Part shown: positions 1 to 7,811 of the stretch, one piece after another | Position numbering within the stretch: the first letter of the stretch is position 1 | How the letters are laid out: each line of letters opens with the position of its first letter | Assembly (NCBI GenBank): GCA_965216875.1 | Contig: OZ244207.1 | Span: forward strand, 8,200,644 to 8,264,643 | Length of the DNA stretch: 64,000 bases | DNA from: Rubripirellula sp. | Lineage (GTDB): Bacteria > Planctomycetota > Planctomycetia > Pirellulales > Pirellulaceae | Direction of reading: 5' to 3' | Position numbers and translations under genes: made by a program | Notes under the pieces: generated by a model | The model's input: the letters and a program-made list of their open reading frames with translations, nothing else | What the model was told of the DNA's origin: nothing | Databases searched by the model: none

Positions 1-195
1 GAAGATACCCCCATCAAGACAACGATTCCGTTCAAGGTGGGCGATCGCGTTCGCGTCAAGGAAGGAAACTTCGAGAACCAAGAAGGCGATGTCGATGCCG
101 TCGACGAAGCCAACGGCCGCGTGACGGTGATCATCAACATCTTCGGCCGCAGCGTGCCGATGGAACTTGATCACTGGCAGGTCGAACCGCTGTAA
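1..195 (+). CDS. nusG: Transcription termination/antitermination factor NusG, C-terminal KOW part (5'-truncated by window edge)
   Basis: Frame 1 reads ...[55 protein letters not shown], a NusG KOW domain; directly upstream of rplK. Confidence 0.95.
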   Translation, partial: EDTPIKTTIPFKVGDRVRVKEGNFENQEGDVDAVDEANGRVTVIINIFGRSVPMELDHWQVEPL

Positions 196-304
196 GAGAC
201 GACCGGCTGCCACGCCCTCGAGAAGGGCTGTGCATCAAACGCCACGTCGAATTCAGTATCCGAACAAAAATCGAAACACCCAAACATTATTCAGTAGCCC
301 AATC

Positions 305-730
305 ATGGCAAAGCAAGTTACAGGACAAGCGAAGTTTCAAGTTCCCGGTGGACAAGCAACGCCTGCTCCTCCCGTCGGTACTTCGCTCGGTAAATTCGGT
401 GTGAACCTTGGCCAGTTCGTCCAAGCGTTCAACGATCGCACCAAGGAATACAACGGCACGCCGATTCCAGTCATCGTCACGGTCTACAACGACCGTAGCT
501 TCGACTTTATCACCAAGAGCCCACCTGCAGCATCGATGCTCAAGCAAGCCGCTGGCATCGCAAAAGGCAGCGGTGTGCCGAACCGCGACAAGGTCGCCAA
601 GGTCACTCGCGCTCAATGCGAAGAGATCGCCAACAAGAAGATGGCTGACCTGAATGCTCGCAGCGTCGATCAAGCCGTTCGCATGATCGAAGGCACTGCT
701 CGCAGCATGGGCATCGAAGTCGAAGGCTAA
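305..730 (+). CDS. rplK: 50S ribosomal protein L11
   Basis: [29 protein letters not shown]...KSPPAA...[10 protein letters not shown] are L11 signature motifs; start moved to ATG 305. Confidence 0.97.
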   Translation: MAKQVTGQAKFQVPGGQATPAPPVGTSLGKFGVNLGQFVQAFNDRTKEYNGTPIPVIVTVYNDRSFDFITKSPPAASMLKQAAGIAKGSGVPNRDKVAKVTRAQCEEIANKKMADLNARSVDQAVRMIEGTARSMGIEVEG

Positions 731-771
731 GCTTCGTTCCCTGAAGCCGCTTTGCGTTTGGTGATCGAGTC

Positions 772-1383
772 ATGCTTGTCGATATTGAATTGCCAGACGC
801 CGTCGATCTTCCCGCACCGGCCGACGAGTCGATGCGGTTGATTACCGAGGCGAACGAACGTGTGGATGCCTTCACGCGTTCGCACCGTCCGCGGATCGAC
901 AACTTTGTGGTGTGCGACTTTCCGTTGGTCGATTCTTGCCTGCAATGGATCGTCGCCGAGAACCTGCTCAGTGGTGACGCGTTCTGTGAATGGGGCAGCG
1001 GCTTTGGCGTCGTCACGCTGCTCGCTGCACTCCATGGCCTTGATGCAAGTGGCATTGAGGTCGAGCCCGATTTGATTGATCAAGCGGTGCTGCTTGCCGA
1101 GGACTTCGAGATCGAAGCTCAGTTCGGTTGCGGGAGCTTCATTCCGGATGACGATCAAGGGATGGTCGAAACGTTCTCAGAGATTGATCACGTCGATACC
1201 GAGAGCCGAAGCGGCTACGACGAAGTTGACAGCGACCTTGTCGACTTTGATCTCTTCTTTGCGTTTCCGTGGCCAGGAGAACATCATTTCTTTGAGAGTG
1301 TGTTCGAGCGGCACGCTGCTGACGGTGCGATGCTGTTGACCTTTCTAGGAATCGAGCAATTGCGTTTGCAACGCAAGGTGTAG
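772..1383 (+). CDS. Class I SAM-dependent methyltransferase
   Basis: Motif I 'FCEWGSGFGVVTLLAA', acidic 'GIE' at the end of strand 2, post-motif 'FAFPWP'. Confidence 0.75.
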   Translation: MLVDIELPDAVDLPAPADESMRLITEANERVDAFTRSHRPRIDNFVVCDFPLVDSCLQWIVAENLLSGDAFCEWGSGFGVVTLLAALHGLDASGIEVEPDLIDQAVLLAEDFEIEAQFGCGSFIPDDDQGMVETFSEIDHVDTESRSGYDEVDSDLVDFDLFFAFPWPGEHHFFESVFERHAADGAMLLTFLGIEQLRLQRKV

Positions 1384-1400
1384 GTCATGCTGTGCATGAC
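1380..1400 (+). repeat. GTAG-headed REP-like palindrome, family D (GTAGGTCATGC-tgt-GCATGAC)
   Basis: Perfect 7-bp stem; related copies at 22834-22854 and 53389-53409. Confidence 0.7.
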
Positions 1401-1439
1401 ACCACCCAGACCTGAACTGCTTTGGACGTAATACCGGCC

Positions 1440-1941
1440 GCTAGTTCGTAGTACCGAGCTTTAGCCGGAATCTTCTCATGAACCGCCCAAAGCCTGGACT
1501 GCAAACAACGCCGCAATCGCGTAAGCGGCCTAGCGTTCTACTCGTCTTGCGCAACTTTAGTGGGGCCCGGCGCTAGCGCGTACGGCTCACGGGGAAAGGC
1601 CGGATTATTTGAGCTGCTAGTTCGTAGTACCGAGCTTTAGCCGGAATCTTCTCGAAAACCGCCCAACGCCTAGACGGCAAACGGAGCCCTGATCGGGTAA
1701 GCAGTTCGGCCTATTACTGTTCTTGCGCAACTTTAGAAGGGCCCGACGCTAGCGCGTACGGCTCACGGGGAAAGGCCGTGATTATTTGAGCGGCTAGTTC
1801 GTAGTACCGAGCTTTAGCCGGAATCTTCTCACAAACCACGCAAGGCTGGACTAAAAATAACGCCGTGATCGCGTAAGCGGCCCAGCGTTTTACTCGTCTT
1901 GCGCAACTTTAGAAGGGCCCGACGCTAGCGCGTACGGCTCA
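1440..1941 (+). repeat. Composite tandem array of three ~176-bp units (REP family A + inverted pair of REP family C), BIME/REPIN-like
   Basis: GCTAGTTCGTAGTACCGAGCTTTAGCCGGAATCTTCTC starts at 1440, 1616 and 1793; each unit also has GGCCC(G/A)CGCTAGCGCGTACGGCTCA. Lies between convergent genes. Confidence 0.9.
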
Positions 1942-1984
1942 GGCCAAGAGGCCGCGAAGCGTACGTTGCGACGCGGAGTATGAG

Positions 1985-2935
1985 CTAAAGCTCGATGGTG
2001 AGTGATTGGCCGTTGGTGGTTCCGAAGACAACTCGGTTCGGCTCGGTTGGATCGACATCGACTGCGTACAACCAACCTTCACTGACCTCGATCGTCTTCA
2101 CCACATTGACGGTCGTCGGGTCGATCAACCGCGCCGATCCATCGCTGCATCCTGCGACCAACATTTCGCCTTGTTGAACCCACGCGATGCAAAGTGGGGT
2201 CGCGGGGAGACGTGCGAACCGAACCATCCGCCCGATCGTCGGTTGCCAAAACCGAACGCTGCGATCCTTTGATGCGGACGCGATCATTGGCAAGCCGTCC
2301 GTGGTTGGCCGGTTCGCCAATGCGGTGACATCACGTGAGTGGTGGTGAAGTGTTCGTTTCGTGTCGCCGTTGTCTGCGTCCCAGACTCGCAACGTTTGAT
2401 CGCGTCCGGCCGAAACGATGGTTGAGTTGTCAGCGAGCCAGACACTCGCCGTGACGGCTCGCGAATGCTTGGTGTAACGCAGCGCCGGTTGTTTGGATTC
2501 GACCAAGAAAACGCTGCACACTTCATCGCCTCCGGCGGCGACCAGACGTTTGCCATCCGTTGTGACGCATAGGTCGTACACGACATCGCTACCGAACTCG
2601 GTTCGATGAACGACTTGACGTGTCTTGGTGTCGAGCAGCGCGACGCCTCCGAATTCGCCGGGTGTGCCGCCGGCGATTGCGATGTGATTGGATTGGCCGA
2701 CGCGACTGATCGAGTGGATGTTGTCGAAATCAACGTCCTGGAGGTGAACCACGTCGCCCGACTTGGCCGACACCCATTCCAGCCCCGATTGTGAGCCACG
2801 GAAGATCGTTTCACCATCATGGCTGAACGCGACCGCGGTCACGGGAGGGTTGGTTCCCGCAGCGAAAGCCGGGCGAGAGAACGCGGTCGCGCCCATCAGG
2901 GTGATCGCCGCGCGTCGAGAGCAAGCAACACTCAC
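1985..2935 (-). CDS. WD40-repeat protein with possible Tat signal
   Basis: 'HSRAVTASVW...SAGRDQTLRVWD' and 'HSRDVTALA...SASKDRSVRFWQ' WD repeats; N-terminal SRRAAI; 4-nt overlap with the DUF1501 gene. Confidence 0.85.
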   Translation of the reverse strand: MSVACSRRAAITLMGATAFSRPAFAAGTNPPVTAVAFSHDGETIFRGSQSGLEWVSAKSGDVVHLQDVDFDNIHSISRVGQSNHIAIAGGTPGEFGGVALLDTKTRQVVHRTEFGSDVVYDLCVTTDGKRLVAAGGDEVCSVFLVESKQPALRYTKHSRAVTASVWLADNSTIVSAGRDQTLRVWDADNGDTKRTLHHHSRDVTALANRPTTDGLPMIASASKDRSVRFWQPTIGRMVRFARLPATPLCIAWVQQGEMLVAGCSDGSARLIDPTTVNVVKTIEVSEGWLYAVDVDPTEPNRVVFGTTNGQSLTIEL

Positions 2936-4260
2936 GCAATCAACTCATCAATCACGGAACCGTCGCGGTTGATTTGCACGGGGCGGCCATCGCCTGTGTG
3001 CAGTTCGTGTTCACCCGAAATGCCTAGCAGGTGATAGACCGTGTGCGCCAAGTCGGATGGTGTGACGGGGCGGTCCGCCGGGCGTTCGCCATGTGCGTCC
3101 GAACTGCCGATCACTTGCCCGCCACGAACACCACCGCCAGCCAACGCGACGCTAAAGGCACGCGGCCAGTGGTCGCGCCCGCCACGGGGATTCAACTTGG
3201 GAGTCCGACCGAATTCACCCATCACCATCACGAGCGTCGATTCGAGCAATCCACGTTGATGCAGGTCTTCAATCAACGCAGAGTAAGCGACGTCAAGTTT
3301 TGGGATCTTGCCAACGCTGCCACCGGTGTATCCCTGTCGAAGTCGTAGATCAAGTTCTTCGTGGGTGTCCCAGCCTCGATCGGTTACCGTAACAAACCCG
3401 GCGCCGGCCTCGATCAATCGCCGTGCCATCAAGCAAGACTGCCCGAGTTGGTGACGCCCATAGCGGCCGCGAGTGTCTGGTGTTTCTTTCGTCAGGTCAA
3501 ACGCATCGCGGGCTCGTGTGGATGCGAGTAATCGGTAAGCCTGTTCAAAGGAGTCGTTGGCCGGCAGTTCACTCGCTTCCATTCCTTTGGCCAATTGATC
3601 GACCGCGCGGCGCATCGATTGCCGACGTTGAAGTCGTTGCTTGGAGAGGATGCCTGCGGAGGAAAGGTCTTGGACTTGGAAGTCTGGTCTGGATGGATCG
3701 CCCTGCACAACAAATGGCGAGGTCGATTGATCAAGGTACCCTGGGCCAGCCATCGCATTGGGGCGCTGAAGTGCGATATTCACCGGCAGCGTTTTGTGAT
3801 TGCCTCGCAACTGAGTCATGACCGAAGGCATGCCGGGATAGACGAGCGCCGGCGTCGGCTTGTATCCGGTCAACAGGTAGTGACTGGCAAAGTTGTGTTC
3901 GCCAAGGGTGGACGTCATCGAGCGAACGATCGCGATCTTGTCGAGTTGTGTTGCGGTTCGCGCCAAGTGCTCGCTGATTTGAATCCCGGCCACGCTAGTC
4001 GCAATCGGTCCGAATGGACCGCGAACTTCCGTTGGCGCGTTGGGCTTGGGGTCAAACGTTTCCAAATGACTCGGGCCACCGTCAAGCCAAATCAAAATGC
4101 ACGACGTCGCTCGTGGAAGACTTGATTCCGCCCCCTGTGCCCGAAGATTGAGCCAGTCACTTAGCGTCAATCCGAAGGCAGTGAGTCCACCGACATGCAA
4201 GACGTCACGTCGAGTTACCGCGTCACAGCGACGGTTCCAATGGTTTGTACCATTCATCAC
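2932..4260 (-). CDS. DUF1501 domain-containing protein
   Basis: TRRDVL Tat-like motif, 'LDGGPSHLETFDPKP', 'GWDTH', 'GEFGRTP', 'GRDHW'. Confidence 0.93.
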   Translation of the reverse strand: MMNGTNHWNRRCDAVTRRDVLHVGGLTAFGLTLSDWLNLRAQGAESSLPRATSCILIWLDGGPSHLETFDPKPNAPTEVRGPFGPIATSVAGIQISEHLARTATQLDKIAIVRSMTSTLGEHNFASHYLLTGYKPTPALVYPGMPSVMTQLRGNHKTLPVNIALQRPNAMAGPGYLDQSTSPFVVQGDPSRPDFQVQDLSSAGILSKQRLQRRQSMRRAVDQLAKGMEASELPANDSFEQAYRLLASTRARDAFDLTKETPDTRGRYGRHQLGQSCLMARRLIEAGAGFVTVTDRGWDTHEELDLRLRQGYTGGSVGKIPKLDVAYSALIEDLHQRGLLESTLVMVMGEFGRTPKLNPRGGRDHWPRAFSVALAGGGVRGGQVIGSSDAHGERPADRPVTPSDLAHTVYHLLGISGEHELHTGDGRPVQINRDGSVIDELIA

Positions 4261-4564
4261 AAGCTCGCACGCATTGTTTGTTCACCAACCAATTGCTGCC
4301 CGCAACGGCCCAGATAGGTTGTGCCTTGACGCAGGCACACCGATCGGACCGGTCACGTCAGTCTAACCGATGCAAATTGACGAAGGTACAAGTTATGACG
4401 GTTATCCGCGGCCTACGACATCGGTTATGGCGCTCAATTAAGGGGTATAATTCATCCTAGAGTGAGCGTTGTTTGCGGGGCTCGTCGAGCTCGTTGAACT
4501 GTTGGGGCTCTTTGGACCGTTGGGGGCTTTTTGGAAAGTTTGTTTGTTTGCCGAGGTGTGATCA

Positions 4565-7500
4565 ATGACTAGTCGATCACCCAACAATTGGGTCGCGCCT
4601 GGACTTGCTCTGTTGCTCGCGCTGCTCGCGGTGACAACGTTCTTCACGACGGTTGTGTTCGAGGGGGTTACCGGCGCCGTCGGCGCTCTTCACGGTTGGC
4701 TCGCGGTTGCCACAGCCATCGTTGCAATCGTCAGCCTGGTCTATTCGCTAGCCAAACGCCATGAGATGAGCGGGGACCCGGCAAACGAAGACAAGCTTCG
4801 CGAAAAGATTGCTGCTCTCGAAGAAGCCAACCGTGCTTTGGTGGGAGACCGCTACCTACTTAACACGCTCGTCGAAAACGTTCCGGACGCTGTCTTTTTC
4901 AAGGACTTGCAAGGGCGGTTTGTTCGGGTCAACCGCGCGATGGCCAAAGATGCGGGCATCGACGATCCTGATGAGTTCATTGGCAAAACGGATGTCGAAA
5001 TTTGGTCGGGTGATTTACCCGCTGAGGCGGGTGAGGACGAGCGTCGGATCATCGAAACGGGCGTTCCGATCCTCAACAAAGAGGAGCAGCCGATCGCGCG
5101 GGGCGGGGCACCACGTTGGGTACTTGTCACGAAAATGCCGCTGCGCGACGAATCGGGAAAGATCGTCGGTACGTTTGGTGTGGCTCGCGAAATCACCAAA
5201 CAGAAACTAGCTGAACACAAGCTTCGTGACAGCGAAACTCGTTTTCGCTTGCTGGTCGAACATTCGCCTGACGCAATCGTGATGCTTGACATTGACGAGG
5301 GAGTGTTTGCCGACGCCAACGCGCAGGCCGAAGCTCTCTTCAAGATGTCTCGAGACGAAATCACGAGGTGCCACCCGGTCGACTTGAGTCCGCCGATGCA
5401 ACCCGATGGTCGCCCTTCGGTTGAGATGGCAGAGGAAATGATCACGAGCGCACTGGCCGGTCAGCGGATGGTCTTTGATTGGGTCCACCGTGATGCGGAC
5501 GGACGTGATATTCCATGCGAAGTGCGTTTGGTGCCCTTGCCCGGCGGCAAGCGAAAACTGCTTCAGGCGAGCATTGCAGATATCACGAAACGCAAGCAAG
5601 CAGAAAAAGATCTCACCGATGCGCGCGACGCTGCGCAAGAAGCCAATCGCGAACTCCGCCGCGCTCGCGATGCTGCGGAAGATGCGAACCGTGCCAAGAA
5701 TGATTTCCTGGCAAACATGAGCCACGAGATCCGTACTCCGATGAACGCCGTCATCGGAATGACCGAACTGGTTTTGGACGGGCAATTGGAACCGACCCAG
5801 CGCGACTATCTCAACACCGTCGCCGAGTCGGCTGAATCGCTGATGTCCGTCATCAACCAGGTGCTCGATTTTGCAAAAATCGAGGCGGGCAAACTCGATC
5901 TCGAGCCGGTCGACTTCGACCTTCGCGACGAAATCGGCAAGACGCTCAAGTCCCTTGGGTTGCGGGCGCAGGCGAACGAAACAGAACTGGTATGGCGCGT
6001 TGATCCGAAGGTGCCGCATTGGCTTCACGGCGATTCGGCGCGGCTGCGTCAAATGTTGGTCAACCTGGTTGGCAACGCGATCAAGTTCACCGAGGAAGGC
6101 GAAGTCTTTGTCGACGTCACGTGTGATGACCAAGCCAGCGACAAGGTGACGCTGCGAATCACGGTACGGGACACAGGTATCGGGATTCCGCAGGAGAAAA
6201 TCGACTCGATCTTTTCGGCCTTTGAGCAGGTCGATACATCCACGACGCGCGCCTACGGAGGCACTGGACTCGGGCTCGCGATCACCGCCAGGATTGCCGG
6301 TGCGATGGACGGCAATGTTTGGGTTGAGAGTACGCTCGGCGAAGGAAGCGACTTCTACTTGAAACTTCAGCTTCCAATCTCCGAGCGCGAAGACGATCTT
6401 GCGAAGTCGGAATTGGAAACCTTGCGAGCACTCGTTGTCTGTGATCGCAAACGCAACCGCATGATCCTTGGTGAACTGTTGGAGTCGCGAGGAATTGAAT
6501 TTGATGCGGCGAACTCGATCGATGCTGCGCTGGCAAAAGTGAGTGAACTTGGCAGTACGCGTACCGTCGTTGTTGCTGACTTGCACGATGGATTCGAATT
6601 GGCTGAACAATTGCGACGCGATCCCGCGGCGCCTCGAGTCCCGATCGTGTTGCTGACCACCGCGGTGCAGATCAACGACGTGCGCCGTTGTCACGAACTT
6701 GATATTGATACACAGTTGATGAAGCCAGCTCGGCACCGGGAAATCATCAATGCGATTGTACGAGCCTCAGGCATCTCGCTGAGTGATACGGCTCGCCATG
6801 ACGAAGATGGCCAGCGACTTGAACGCAAGTTGCGGGTGTTACTTGCCGAAGACGGCAAGACGAATCAAATGATGGCGACCGGCATGCTCGGTAAATGGGG
6901 ACACAATGTCGACATCGTCGAAAATGGCTTGGACGCCGTAAGGCATTGGCAGGACCATCACTACGATGTGATTTTGATGGACATTCAGATGCCGTTGCTT
7001 GATGGGCTTGATGCGACGCGGCGGATCCGACAGATGGAATCAGGCTCGCGAATCCCGATCATTGCGTTGACCGCACATGCAATGAAGGGGGACCGCCAAC
7101 GCTGCCTCGACGCGGGAATGGATGACTATGTGTCGAAGCCGGTTCGCCAAGCGGATCTCCAAGAGGCGTTGTACCGCGTGCTCACTGAGCCCGCTGATGA
7201 ATCATCCGAGCAGGAAGACGCTGCGAGTGATCCCGGTCTGCCTGAAAATCTCTCGCCAGTGATCGATTGGCAGCTGGGAGTAAGCAATCTCGGAGGAGAC
7301 GCTGATTTTCACCGCAAGTTGCTTGAGTCGGCCATTGTCGAGGTCAAAGAGCTTTATCCCAAGTTAGTCGCCGCACTCGAGAGCCGTGTCCGCGAGGAGT
7401 CGCAACGCCTGGCCCACACGATCAAAGGTGCTGCTCGCGCGGTGTCGGCAGTGCAGACGACGGAAGCGGCCTTCGAGATCGAAAAAGCCGCGGGCGAAGG

Positions 7501-7588
7501 GGACTTCGAACTTGCTGAAAGCCGGCTGCCTGCCCTGGCCGATTCGATCGAAGCGTTCGACCGCGAACTTCTCGCCCGATCGCATTGA
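4565..7588 (+). CDS. Membrane-anchored hybrid sensor histidine kinase (2 TM, 2 PAS, HisKA, HATPase, degenerate REC, REC, Hpt)
   Basis: 'FLANMSHEIRTPMN', 'NLVGNAIKFT', 'DTGIGI', 'GGTGLGL', REC 'LMDIQMP...KP', Hpt 'AHTIKGAA'. Confidence 0.95.
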   Translation: MTSRSPNNWVAPGLALLLALLAVTTFFTTVVFEGVTGAVGALHGWLAVATAIVAIVSLVYSLAKRHEMSGDPANEDKLREKIAALEEANRALVGDRYLLNTLVENVPDAVFFKDLQGRFVRVNRAMAKDAGIDDPDEFIGKTDVEIWSGDLPAEAGEDERRIIETGVPILNKEEQPIARGGAPRWVLVTKMPLRDESGKIVGTFGVAREITKQKLAEHKLRDSETRFRLLVEHSPDAIVMLDIDEGVFADANAQAEALFKMSRDEITRCHPVDLSPPMQPDGRPSVEMAEEMITSALAGQRMVFDWVHRDADGRDIPCEVRLVPLPGGKRKLLQASIADITKRKQAEKDLTDARDAAQEANRELRRARDAAEDANRAKNDFLANMSHEIRTPMNAVIGMTELVLDGQLEPTQRDYLNTVAESAESLMSVINQVLDFAKIEAGKLDLEPVDFDLRDEIGKTLKSLGLRAQANETELVWRVDPKVPHWLHGDSARLRQMLVNLVGNAIKFTEEGEVFVDVTCDDQASDKVTLRITVRDTGIGIPQEKIDSIFSAFEQVDTSTTRAYGGTGLGLAITARIAGAMDGNVWVESTLGEGSDFYLKLQLPISEREDDLAKSELETLRALVVCDRKRNRMILGELLESRGIEFDAANSIDAALAKVSELGSTRTVVVADLHDGFELAEQLRRDPAAPRVPIVLLTTAVQINDVRRCHELDIDTQLMKPARHREIINAIVRASGISLSDTARHDEDGQRLERKLRVLLAEDGKTNQMMATGMLGKWGHNVDIVENGLDAVRHWQDHHYDVILMDIQMPLLDGLDATRRIRQMESGSRIPIIALTAHAMKGDRQRCLDAGMDDYVSKPVRQADLQEALYRVLTEPADESSEQEDAASDPGLPENLSPVIDWQLGVSNLGGDADFHRKLLESAIVEVKELYPKLVAALESRVREESQRLAHTIKGAARAVSAVQTTEAAFEIEKAAGEGDFELAESRLPALADSIEAFDRELLARSH

Positions 7589-7617
7589 TCGGTGTGTGGT
7601 TTGTTTGCCGAGTGTTT

Positions 7618-7807
7618 GTAGTACCGAGCTTTAGCCGGAATCTTTCGTGTCTGCCGTCTCGTGGCGGGACGATCTAGCAGGGCGGCCCTCTGTGCCGGAT
7701 CAGCGTCGCTGTCGCTCCTTGATCCGGCCTACGTGTTTGTAGTACCGAGCTTTAGCCGGAATCTTCTTGCCGGATCAGCGTCGCTGTCGCTCCTTGATCC
7801 GGCCTAC
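7618..7807. repeat. Alternating REP array A-B-A-B
   Basis: Family A GTAGTACCGAGCTTTAGCCGGAATCTT at 7618 and 7739 (+). Family B GCCGGATCAGCGTCGCTGTCGCTCCTTGATCCGGCCTAC at 7694 and 7769 (GTAG head on the - strand). Between convergent genes. Confidence 0.9.
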
Positions 7808-7811
7808 CGAG

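Noticed and set aside
1440..1941. CRISPR array (38-nt conserved repeat with variable intervening sequence)
   Set aside because: Intervening segments are ~140 nt and homologous to each other, the repeat is dispersed elsewhere as a REP, and no cas genes are present.
1984..1994. End of the WD40 gene matches 11 nt of REP A (CGAGCTTTAGC on the - strand)
   Set aside because: Too short and lacks the GTAG head; may be chance.
5207..6736. 509-aa minus-strand ORF
   Set aside because: Antisense shadow of the histidine kinase with no recognisable motifs; such shadows are common in GC-rich DNA.
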